Assembly (NCBI GenBank): GCA_951406725.2
Contig: OX597814.1
Location: forward strand, 177,506,001 to 177,570,000
Length of the DNA: 64,000 nt
Source: Octopus vulgaris
Taxonomy: Eukaryota
Reading direction: 5' to 3'
Part shown: in pieces, positions 52,471 to 64,000 of the stretch
Layout: each line of letters begins with the position of its first letter
Numbering within the stretch: the first letter of the stretch is position 1
Notes under the pieces: model-generated
The model's database searches: none
What the model was told of the DNA's origin: nothing
What the model saw: the letters and a program-made list of their open reading frames with translations, nothing else
Made by a program: the position numbers and the translations under genes

Positions 52471-55334
52471 GGCCTTACAAATAGAATAGCTTTGTACCTC
52501 TTCTCATCTCTCACTTATACCAACCTCCCGTGTCTCCAAGTTACGCAAACATACACTCACACACAAAAACACACACACGCATCTTATAACCTGTTGGCCT
52601 TATATGCAGGGACGCAATAATATTTTAGTTGATATAATGTGTTGATGCATTTGAATGTTTGGTCGCTGTTACTGGTCACTGTTACTGTTGCATGTGTGTG
52701 TAGACTATCAACAAATGCTAGCGTGTGTGTTTAATGTCAGTGAGACTAGTAGTGGGATTTTAACAGAATATCAACAGTTGTTTCAGCATCTATTGTGGTG
52801 TTGTTGACGTCTTTTATTGGTAGATTGTTAATAACAGATTTGGAAAACAGAATTGATCTGGTAGAGTGGAAAGCGTGACGGGTAAGGTTGACGGTCTTCC
52901 GTCATCTATCGATGCCAATACATGATAACTCTACGAATTCTACAAACCGCTACCACAATCAGCGAAGCAGGAGCCTCTTTATAGTCGCAAGATCAGTTAG
53001 AAATAGCAGCCAAATATCCTTCAAATTACAGACTACTGTACAAAATAAAGAAATGACATACAATGCATAATAGAATCCTACAAACACTTCAAAGGAACAA
53101 AATAGATAAATGAATAAAAATAGAAAAAAATAAATAATTTGCCGTCTAAAACTACAGTAGAAAACACTTTCCCAAGAAGACGCGCATTGGGATTGAATCC
53201 GAAAACATATGGTTACAAAATGAGCTGCTTAACCACATTGCAATATTGTTAAGAATATCTTCAAAATGCTATAAGTATATTTGAGAATGTATTAGTCCTA
53301 GACACGGTATGTCAAAAAACAAAGCTTGACTGGATGGATAAGACTGGGATGTCGCTGGCCATAAGATCTGCTCAGCAACGGCTCACCAGCGGCTCCATAA
53401 AAGTTAGAACTCGCAACACTACTAGCACTACGAAGAACAACAAGCCGACGAAGACGCCTCTACCTAGTATCCCGACCTGCTAGAAGCAGTAAACTAATCG
53501 CCCTAAAACCACAGCCTTCATACTATACATTCTTAGGGAAGACTAGAAACATTGAATAAATTCGGTTCCCGACCTACTTTTAAAAAAGTGGTATAACCAC
53601 CGTTTTAATACCACGGGTCTGCTTAAACAGGGATGACCTGGGGTTACATAACAAACAACATAAACAGTACGAAGAAAAGTAACGACGATAAAATAAATAA
53701 CTTCTGCTTTATATTTCCAAAACCAAGTCATCATCATTGTGACGATTCCATAAAGTGTAACACTCAACACGTATAAAATGAATTATTTAGAAAGAGTTGT
53801 ATATCGATGGATTTAGTCAATGAAACAAAAATACCAACATATATACAAACGTGCATACCTACCTACATACCTACAAACATAAATAGACATAGCTATTCAC
53901 ACGTTCATAAATATTTGAGACCGCATACACAATCTCATACATATACGAATGTGTGCAAGCGCATACACACACACTAAAACAAGGAAAGGGAAAGATAAAT
54001 AGAGATTGTGCAACAGAAAGATAGAGAAACAAAGACAAGAGTCATAGGAGAGAGAGAGAAAAGAGAAAGCAAGTAAGAAAGAAAGAGAAAAGACTATACG
54101 AGAGAGCGAAAAAAGAAGGTGAGAAAGAGAGAGTGAGCGGGCTATAATTTTAGACGATATTCGAAAATGAGTTGGCTTTATACTTAAGTGTCTTTTTATA
54201 TGTGCATATGTATAAATGTTTGAATCTAAATACATACATACATACATACATATATATACATACATACATATATATACATACATATACATACATACATATA
54301 TATACATACATACATATATATATATATACATACACATATATACTTACACACACACACACATATATATATATACATACATATATATACATATGTGTGTATA
54401 TATATATATATTGACACATATTTACACACACACATATATATACATACATATATATACATATACATATGTATATATATATAGGTATACATATATATAGATA
54501 TATATATATACATATACATATATATACGAATACATACATATATATATATATATTCGTATACATACATATATACATATATTTATATATATATATATTTAGT
54601 TATACATACATATATACTTACATATACACACACGCACACACACACACACATATATATATGCATATATACAAAACGCATATATGTGTGTGTATATATAGGT
54701 GTGTTTGTATACACGTATGAATGTATATATACGTATGCGAGCGTGTGTAGTCATGTATGATCCAAACTAATAGAAACTCTGAATGCACATAGAACAAAGA
54801 ACACATCCAGAAATAAGTGAAAATGTTTAAAATATACTAAATATCAAAAAAACAAAAAAACAAAATGAAAACAAATCCAGAAATATATCATAAAAGAGAG
54901 AGACAAAAAAAAATTAAATACAAATCGGAAAGATAATAAAACAAGTAAATCCCTCCAAAAAGACATATAAAATAAAACAAAACAAAATGTAAAGGTCTAT
55001 AAAAGCCCAAAATAAACAAGCAGTTTTTGTTTTGATTCAATCACTATTTATTTGCGTAAGAGAGCGGGAGAGAAAAGAGAAAGGTTTTGGATGCGAGAAT
55101 CAATATTACCTTATGCAAAGCTCTTTCTGTTTCCGAATGAATTGTTGTTGTTTTTTTTTTGTTTTTTTTTTGCTTTTTCTTTTCTCTCTCTCTTATTCTA
55201 CAGACATACTTTAAATTACATTGCTTGATGAAATTTTAGCTAAACTAATTCATACATCACATAGAAATATTTTATTCAGAATAATATCTTGAAACGACGG
55301 AAATTTGGTAATTACTTATTAAAAAAATAAAGGA

Positions 55335-56168
<834 letters not shown>

Positions 56169-56898
56169 ATATGTGTAAGCAAATACTCACAACAAACCCA
56201 TATATAATCTGCAATACACATATTTCTCAAAATACGTTAATAGAAATTCAATCATTTATATGCTGTTTCTCACGAAAATATATATTTACGATAATTTATA
56301 TGAAAATGGTTGACTGTCTTTATTGATATGAAATCTAAAGTAAATAAATGTATGCTGCGCTTCACATATGTTGTTTGTACAACAGAATACGTTTTCGCTT
56401 GGGTCTTGCTTAGGCGAGAATATAGGACGTGATAATTGAGATAATCTCTTTGAATAACGACAAATATTACTTAAGATTATAGAAGAGAAGGAGGTGTTCT
56501 GGATGCTATTTCATGATAGATCGGCCGTTCAAAATGAAGTATGAGCTGCTATCGATAAAGTTCTTCCTTCTGATTCACAGAAAGAATATAGAAGTTAAGT
56601 AATATTATGAACGCCAACACTTTGATTGGCAAAATTGTTGGGACCACCAGACAAAATACCTTACTGAAATTTTTCCACGCCTTTACATTGCCAGATCGAA
56701 TCTTGCGGCTAAATTTGTAATACAGTCGTTCAGGATCAATCGAATTAAATACCGTTAAAATGCTGAGGTCAATTTAATCTATAATTCTTCCTTCGCTCAA
56801 ATTTGAAGCTTCTTTCTCTTTTGTTAGACTCTAATGCTAGTACTATTTTACATTATATATGCTTGTGCACACGCGCACACACATATATTATAGTGTGT

Positions 56899-57723
56899 CA
56901 GGCTAGAGAGAAAATGCCTGACTGAAAATGTTCGAAAATCGTTGGAAGAATGTTGCACGGATATTGCTTATGGATATAACCTCATGAATGCGACACAGGA
57001 CGTATCCCAGGTATCGGTGGTGAGGTGGGACTCGTGGGATCCGTGGTGTGTCAGCTTTATTCAATAAGATAAGGCATTACAAATGTCCCAACAACCATAA
57101 CATCTTTCACATTCAGAATGCCATCTGAATGGACACAAATATATACCTCTCGTGTCTAAATGTGTGAAACTATGAAAAATGATGCGTGCCCCCTTCTCAT
57201 CACTTTGTACTTACAGATGTATACTTACTCTTAAGCTTTTGTGTTCCATCTACAAAATACAGTCGAAGATTATAAAATACTCTGTCCTCTATTTCTAGAA
57301 AAATAAGCATACAAATTATATCCACTAGTGCCGGACGTGTGGGTTTATGCTGAAAACTGTTGTCAAGTGCGGGAAGAGTACAGCTATCGACTGAGTCCAT
57401 AGTAAAAACTGACCCGCCTGATTTCCTATCGAAAGAAGGTAAGATTTGTTTTCTCATTGTAGTAGTAGTTGCGAGATAGGTGATTTGGGGGAGGAGAATG
57501 AAAAGATTAATGTCAGGCATCTTCATGTCTGGCCCTGTATTGGTGAATTACTTCCGTTTCCCCTGAAAAGGAAAATAGGGCTAGAAAGAAAATGCCTGAC
57601 AGTGAAAATGTTCGAAAATCGTTAAAAGAATGTCGAACGGATGTTGTGTATGGATATAACCTCATGAATGCAACACAGGACGTGTCCCAGGTAGCAATGG
57701 TGAGGCGGGGATCGTGGGGTCCG
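56899..57723 (+). repeat. Local ~150-bp direct duplication (56899-57043 and 57578-57723)
   Basis: GGCTAGA.AGAAAATGCCTGAC..TGAAAATGTTCGAAAATCGTT...TATGGATATAACCTCATGAATGC.ACACAGGACGT.TCCCAGGTA is present in both. Confidence 0.85.
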
Positions 57724-58194
57724 AAATGAACCCGCTCCCGCTCCATCCGTATTATCTTCCGATCTGTCTTATCATTCGTTCCTTTTTATATATTGTTAAT
57801 TTTTAATCTCACATTTTTGTAAAATTCATACGTTTATCTGACCCCAGAATTAGATTGTGATGTCCCCTCTATGTTGGACCTATGTAGGCAATAAAAAATC
57901 AGCAATATGATCAAAAGATCATCTACTCCAACTAGATATAAGCAAATTAACCTCACAGTATGCAAACTGGATTAAATTATTAAATGCACTATCAACTATC
58001 GGCCTCGGACATGCAGTGTTGCTGTTACGAAATAGCCCCAATGGTACTAAACTGAAACAATCTGCAAGCTCACTGAGTTCAACATTGTGGACTCCATATC
58101 CAAGTTCTGAAAATCCTTCGTTTCCAGCTTACCGAAACACTAGAATCTTAATATTAGCGGACAAGTTACCGTACTGTGACTAGAGTGTCATGAA

Positions 58195-58291
58195 AGCTCA
58201 AAACGTTAAAAACTTTTTCACTTCCCGAGCATTAAACTAATACATTTGCCTGTTGTCTACACCAGCTGTCTTCGTCTTTTGATTTTATGTG
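58195..58291 (+). mobile_element. Family F HHR-repeat 3' fragment
   Basis: GCTCAAAACGTTAAAA...TTCCCGAGCATTAAACTAATACA...TGTCTTCGTCTTTTG...TCTCCCT followed by (TA)n. Confidence 0.6.
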
Positions 58292-58297
58292 AATTCT

Positions 58298-58348
<51 letters not shown>

Positions 58349-58349
<1 letters not shown>

Positions 58350-59193
58350 TAGCAGAATTGCCCGGCGTTGCTCGGGGCTGAATTGCTTGAAAGTACTGTT
58401 AATGATTGCACTGAATTATGATGATTATTCAGGCAAATATTGAAATAAGCTTACGGTGGGAGATAAGGACTTAACGCCAAACGTGTGCCATTGCATTGTT
58501 TTGGGGGAACCAAATTTCTGATGAGCATTATAGGGGCACTAACTTTAAGTTTGAGAAAGTGTGGTGGTAGTCCGGGGTGCTCAAAGGAATTGAGTACCTC
58601 TATTGGATAGTTGATGACGTCCTCTGGGTCAGGAGTTGTATCGATAGACTGATATATATCGACTTCCCCAGGAATGAGTTTTAGCATTTCATCATTAATA
58701 TGGTGAACAGTTTTATTCCTCGGGGCCAGTATAGCCTTTTTGCCAATCCAATCCATATTCTGATAATTAGCTTGTAAATCTGGGAACACTGCATCTCTGA
58801 GATCAGAAGGCGTCTTAACAATGGTACAAATGGAATCGATGGCAATATTACCATTTTCATCCCCTGGTATTTTGCCTTCGCCAAGTGCAAGGAGAGTGTG
58901 AGGAAATGCTGGTGATGTGATATTACGTCGCATATGAGCACGCATATTGGTGTGAAGTTTGAGAGTTACTTCCGTTTATTTTTAAAAATATGCATTAAAA
59001 TGGAAAAAAAATGATGGTAAATTATTTGTAAAATCATAGACTCATCGTAGACGCGCGCTAATACCCAGAAGGGCTCGATATGAATCACGACTATAAGATA
59101 CCCGGTTTTGGTTAAACTGCATCGCAAAATGTGGGAGTAGTTAGGAATCTAAATCGGAGTAGACAGACACACAACCTTTCTTTTATATATAGA
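58349..59193 (-). mobile_element. Internally deleted Helitron H2 carrying a helicase fragment
   Basis: 5' A|TCTATATATAAAAG at 59193; the first ~215 bp match 35019 onward; 3' CCCGAGCAACGCCGGG...CTAG|T at 58349. Confidence 0.92.
58451..58965 (-). pseudogene. Helitron Rep-Hel PIF1-family helicase fragment
   Basis: LHTNMRAH...LLALGEGK...KAILAPRNKTVHHIN...YQSID...YPIEVLNSFEHPGLPPHFLKLKVSAPIMLIRNLVPPKQCNGTRL shows the standard Helitron PIF1 motifs. Confidence 0.92.
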
Positions 59194-59210
59194 TACATAC
59201 ATACACACAC

Positions 59211-59253
<43 letters not shown>

Positions 59254-59611
59254 TGCATACATACATATACACATAAACCGAGTAAAAATTTCAGTTATCT
59301 CTCTCTTTCACACGTTACTCTCTCTGTCTCTTCACACACACTAACAGAAGCACTTCACTTACACAACATACTGTCTGTCTCCCACACTCCATCAAACACA
59401 CACACACACACATGTACATCAATGAGTCCCATGCACGGTAACTTCAAAGGAACTTCCCTCGTCATACAATCGCTTTCTCTTAGTCTCTTTCGCTCTCATT
59501 ACTTATGTAAAAAAATAAAAGTTTTTTCTATGTGTGTAAAGAGGAAGTGGGAGGCAGAGTGAAAGAATCACTCACTACAGTAAGTGAATTACTTTCATTT
59601 TATTCCTTGCC

Positions 59612-59859
59612 CACTGTGTGTGTGCGTTTGCGTGTGGTGTAAACCAGACTAAGAAAAGCATTTGACACACACACCAGAATGTGAATTTTCTGTAAATTTT
59701 GCTTAATTGGAGTTTAAATTTTAAAAACTGGACCTGGCATGACGCGATGCATTGTACTCTTAAAACTGCTAGGTAAATTGTAATTGAAGAAATCCTATAT
59801 TGTAGATTTGTATAACTCCCAAAGGGAGGCAGATAAAATCTGCCTTTTATAATAAGAGA
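59612..59859 (-). mobile_element. Helitron-like 5' module H1, second copy
   Basis: Reverse complement of 33939-34190. Confidence 0.65.
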
Positions 59860-60094
59860 TATATATATGTATGTATGTATGTATGTATATATATATACAC
59901 ATATATATACATATATATATATATATGTATGTATATATGTATATATATATACACATATATATACATATATATTACATATATATATGCATATGTATGTATG
60001 TATATATGTATATATATATATATACACACATATATATACATATATATTACATATATATATACATATATATATATTTACATATACATATTTATAT

Positions 60095-62370
60095 GATTGA
60101 TTGATTGATTGATTCTAGTTTCAGCTTATGAGCTGTGGCCATGCTGGGGCACCGCCATTTGGTGTTGCTACTTGGTTTCACTTCATGGAGGCTTTCTAGC
60201 AACTGCTATTTGGTGCATGAGAGAGTTCGATGCAGCTGCCCTCATCTGCCCCTTCTGCCGTGAAGTTGGTTCATCTGGGACACCTGACAGGAAGAGATCC
60301 AGCTTCATTTTAAAGACATCTGTATCCACCCCATGCAGGTCTCTCAGGTTCTTCGGGAGGATATTGAAGAGCTGTGGGCCTCGGAAGCCCAGGCTATCAC
60401 AGAATCTTGTCCTACATCTTGATGGCAGGTTTGGAGTCCTAGGCACCACGCAGTGGCGCCCAGTTCTGGCGTTTGCGTAACTCTCGATGCCAAAGTTCAG
60501 GACACTTCCCTCCAGGATCTTCCAGATGTATATTATGGCATATCTTTCCCGCCTACGCTCCAGGGAATATAATTTTAATCTCTTGAGTCTTTCCCAGTAG
60601 CTTACATTCTGCATAGAGGCTATCTTCTTTGTGTAGCTTCGTTGGATCGCCTCAAGTTCTGTGATCAACTTGACACTGGATGGTGACCATAGCTGAGAGC
60701 AATAGTCAAAGTGGCTTAGGACAAGTGTCTTCCAGAGGACCATCATGGTTTCTTGTTCTCTTGTTCTAAAGGTTCTAAGAATCCATCCAGCCAGCCGTCT
60801 ACATTTCATTGTCAGTTTAGCAACATGTACATGAAAGGTCGCGTCATCACTCATGTGAATACCCAGGTCACGCACTGATTGTGCCTCTGGGATTGCAATC
60901 CCTCCGGGTCCAGTGTATTCATTGGGTATCGCATTCAGTTTTGCATGCTGATAGTATAAAGCTTGAAACTTTCCAGCATTGAACTGCATGCTATTCTTTT
61001 CAGCCCACTTGTATATTTCGTCCAGCTCACATTGCAGGTGTTTAGTGTCCTCAGGGTTCTGTATTGCCTGTGAGACTTTTGTATCATCTGCATAACTTGT
61101 GATCGTGGCTCTCTGCGTGGCTGAGGGCATGTCTGAGAGGGCCATTATGAACAGTAGTGGTCCCAGAACAGTGCCCTGCGGAACACCGCTCACTATTTGT
61201 GTGCTAATGGAGGTGGCCCCATTGGCTACTACCACCTGACTTCTATCCTTCAGAAAGTCATGAAGCCATTCTCCCAGTTTTCCAACTATGTTGAGATCAC
61301 GCAGTTTGTGACATATCATTCCATGATCGACTTTATCAAAGGCCTTTGCAAAGTCGAGATATATCACTTCCACATTTGAGTGGTTGAGCAGCCGTTTCAG
61401 CACCCAGTCATAGTGTTGTAGGAGCTGAGTTAAACAGCTTCTCCCTGGTCGGAAACCATGTTGGGTGTCGGGCAGCAAGTCATTCTCTTCAAGGAAGGTG
61501 ATCAGCTTCCTTCTGACTATTCGTTCCATGACCTTGCTGATGTGTGAGGTCAGAGAGATAGGTCTATAGTTCTTGGCTTCCGCTCTGCTACCTCCTTTAT
61601 GAATGGGGCATATTTTACCTTCCTTCAGTTTTCCTGGAAGTTTGCCAGCTGCAAGGAAGCTCTGAAAGAGGAACTGCAGTGGTCTTGCTAGGACTCTCTT
61701 ACATGCTTTTAGGAGGATTGCCGGGAATCCATCGGGGCCAGTAGCTGAGTCTGTTTTCATTTCATCTATAGCCTTGGTTACATCGTGTTCCTTTATATCG
61801 ATGTAATCTATCGTCGCCGCCTCTGATTTTATATCTGCAGTGGTAAAAAAGTCAGTTGGATTGGTGATTTGGAGATGCCCAAGGGGTGGAGTGAAAACAC
61901 TCTTGAATTGCTCATTCAGTATTTCACTTACCCTCATTGGTTTTCCTGTAAGTGTGCCATCCTTTTCAAGGAGTGGCCCTATTCTACAGTGCACTGTAGC
62001 TGTTTCTTTGGCATACCTGTAGAAAGCTCTGGGCTTAGATTTTATGTTTTCTATAGCCCAGGCTTCTTTGTCTGCTCTTTCTTTTTCATGGGAGAGTTGC
62101 AGACATTTTTCGATTTCCAACAGTTTTATTTTTAGGCGGGACTTTTCACTGCTTTCAATCTGTTTGTTTAGGCGATTTGAAAATTTCGTACGCCGTCTCA
62201 TTAAAATTTTCCTCTCTCTGGGGATTTTGTTCTTGTGTACAGTGGCCTTTCTCTCTGGGACACATTTGTAGCATATGGCTTGCATTACAGACATGAATTG
62301 TTGAAGTTTCACGTCGATTTCTGGCGAGGAGAGACATTCAGGCCAGTTTTGTTTGAGGATCTATTTGAGG
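60095..62370 (-). mobile_element. 5'-truncated CR1-like LINE with short 3' UTR and (AATC)n tail
   Basis: Contains the RT ORF, a ~70-bp 3' UTR and an (AATC)n tail at 60095-60115; inserted in TA-rich sequence. No APE endonuclease or ORF1 is present. Confidence 0.92.
60183..62312 (-). CDS. LINE ORF2 reverse transcriptase, C-terminal 709 aa, N-terminally truncated
   Basis: Motifs [54 protein letters not shown] and [10 protein letters not shown]. The frame continues upstream ([17 protein letters not shown]), so the GTG start is not a real start. Confidence 0.93.
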   Translation of the reverse strand: MKLQQFMSVMQAICYKCVPERKATVHKNKIPRERKILMRRRTKFSNRLNKQIESSEKSRLKIKLLEIEKCLQLSHEKERADKEAWAIENIKSKPRAFYRYAKETATVHCRIGPLLEKDGTLTGKPMRVSEILNEQFKSVFTPPLGHLQITNPTDFFTTADIKSEAATIDYIDIKEHDVTKAIDEMKTDSATGPDGFPAILLKACKRVLARPLQFLFQSFLAAGKLPGKLKEGKICPIHKGGSRAEAKNYRPISLTSHISKVMERIVRRKLITFLEENDLLPDTQHGFRPGRSCLTQLLQHYDWVLKRLLNHSNVEVIYLDFAKAFDKVDHGMICHKLRDLNIVGKLGEWLHDFLKDRSQVVVANGATSISTQIVSGVPQGTVLGPLLFIMALSDMPSATQRATITSYADDTKVSQAIQNPEDTKHLQCELDEIYKWAEKNSMQFNAGKFQALYYQHAKLNAIPNEYTGPGGIAIPEAQSVRDLGIHMSDDATFHVHVAKLTMKCRRLAGWILRTFRTREQETMMVLWKTLVLSHFDYCSQLWSPSSVKLITELEAIQRSYTKKIASMQNVSYWERLKRLKLYSLERRRERYAIIYIWKILEGSVLNFGIESYANARTGRHCVVPRTPNLPSRCRTRFCDSLGFRGPQLFNILPKNLRDLHGVDTDVFKMKLDLFLSGVPDEPTSRQKGQMRAAASNSLMHQIAVARKPP

Positions 62371-62460
62371 ATATATTTATATATATATAAATATATATAG
62401 ATATATATATATATAAATATATATATATGTAAATAAATAAATACATATATATGTATATAA

Positions 62461-62507
<47 letters not shown>

Positions 62508-62511
<4 letters not shown>

Positions 62512-62706
62512 GCACGGACTTTGTCAGTGAACAGGTCGCGGATTTTAGCGACGAAAATATTTTGACAAATTAAACTTAAATGTTGGAGTGAATCGAACGG
62601 CTTTTGTGTGTTTCTTAAATGGCTTATAAACACCTCCCACGCTGCAATTGTTTTCGTTTCAGCACACGATCTCAGATCAAATTACTTGCTATGCGAGTAC
62701 ATCTCC
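62508..62706. repeat. ~200-bp complex-sequence insert inside a TA-rich minisatellite
   Basis: Flanked by copies of ATATATATGTAAATAAATAAATACATATATATGTATATAAATATGTAT. Confidence 0.5.
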
Positions 62707-62763
62707 ATATATATATATGTAAATAAATAAATACATATATATGTATATAAATATGTATGTATA

Positions 62764-62813
<50 letters not shown>

Positions 62814-62841
62814 GATACATATATATGTATATAAATATGCA

Positions 62842-62873
<32 letters not shown>

Positions 62874-63399
62874 AAGCTATCGCTTCATCGCCTGAATGAA
62901 GACCCGGTTCTGTAGTAGGATTTATTTGTTCCTCATTTCAATAGTGTCTAGTATTTCTATGCAGTTCTCGCTTCAAGATATATTTGAAATTTTGTAAAGT
63001 AGCATATATTTCTCGAGAGAATAGAATAATAGTGTAACGAACGAATGATTGCTTTTCATAACGAAGCTACAAACAGCTAATCGAGTAAAATACATTTGCC
63101 TCGAGGTATATTCGATCAGGGTGCATCTATTTCAAACAAGAACAATGACAAGAACAAATTACTGAACAATCTCCAGCCTTGATGTAGTGCAGAAATTATT
63201 GGATTTCCTCTGGAGTATACTGCAGCTGTACGTTATCCAGAGTTCGAATATTATTTTCCCATTCATTCGCTCTTCCTTCGTCGTGGTTGTACAACCAATT
63301 CCAACCGGTCAGGATTCACAATACAGGTTATATTAGTTTTTTCTTTCCATCTCGGAATTCGAAACATGGCTTGTGAGATGATTTTCATGAGTCACAATC

Positions 63400-63544
63400 T
63401 CACTCGTCACAAGATTACTCATTTACGGCTGAGTGGACAGAACAACGTGAAATGAAGAGTTTTGTTCAAGAACACAACGCTCATTCGGTCTGGGAATCGA
63501 AACATTGATCTCGAGACCAAGAGTGCAACACCCTAAATAGTAAG
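63400..63544 (-). mobile_element. Degenerate SINE head related to family C
   Basis: Minus strand TTTAGGGTGTTGCAC...GTTTCGATTCCCAGACCG...GCGTTGTGTTCTTGAACAAAAC...TTTCACGTTG. Confidence 0.6.
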
Positions 63545-64000
63545 TTCCCGAAATTACAATATCTTAATTAATAGCGACAGAAGTAATACCAATAACAATA
63601 AGTAATATCTTATTTTTTCAATATATCTGAGTAGTTGTGGTTATACACTAGCTAACCATGAGTGGGACTAAAATCTGATTTGACTTCTATGTGGACTTTC
63701 TTTACTTAATTTGTTAAAACATTGCTTCTGCAAATCAGAGTTGCTTTGCGATGAAATCACGTATGGCTAATTTAGCTAATAAAATGCTGTATATCAAAAG
63801 AATAAAGTGTTCATTTATGACATGTATTAATGTGATAAACAGAGACATTTACTTAACCTTTCATGATATTTAACATTTCTGATTGGAAGATCAGCCAGCT
63901 CTGTTGACCTGTAAAAATCTAGAAAATCCTCAATGCTTGAAGTACAGAGACATTTAATATTAAATGCACTGACAAGCAAAATTCCTGCTGCTAATACGAA

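Noticed and set aside
57200-57746. 108-aa and 77-aa minus-strand ORFs
   Set aside because: No domain resemblance; the second overlaps a local duplication whose partner has indels.
58451-58945. Host PIF1 helicase gene
   Set aside because: It is a partial domain bounded by Helitron TC and hairpin-CTAG termini.
60109-62271. Plus-strand ORFs overlapping the LINE
   Set aside because: They are antisense shadows of the RT frame.
60085-62382. ATATTTATAT as the TSD of the LINE
   Set aside because: It is present on both sides, but too low in complexity within TA-rich flanks to be trusted.

Overview
AT-rich, microsatellite-dense eukaryotic DNA with no host protein-coding gene I can support. It is most likely intergenic or deep intronic sequence, and the SINE content and (TA)n/(CA)n/(AAT)n load suggest an octopus (inference). 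Almost all ORFs in the track are translations of simple repeats. The real content is transposable elements. (i) A 5'-truncated CR1-like LINE with an uninterrupted RT frame (60095-62370, -). (ii) A Penelope-like element (PLE) relic with RT-thumb and GIY-YIG remnants, an inverted terminal copy, a tRNA-like head and a hammerhead ribozyme (HHR) (15241-16276). (iii) Several short non-coding HHR-bearing repeats next to (TA)n, with non-canonical catalytic cores. (iv) At least four tRNA-derived SINE families that swap modules; one shares a covarying 3' hairpin with the LINE. (v) Two Helitron loci with the same 'H1 5' end + variable cargo + complete H2 element' layout, one carrying a piggyBac fragment and the other a PIF1 helicase fragment. 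(vi) Mariner relics, foldback elements and an (AAT)n-embedded ~550-bp repeat. The best candidates for something new are the variant-core HHR repeats, the tRNA-head/HHR unit and the composite Helitrons. Family names and coordinates come from reading by eye, without database searches.
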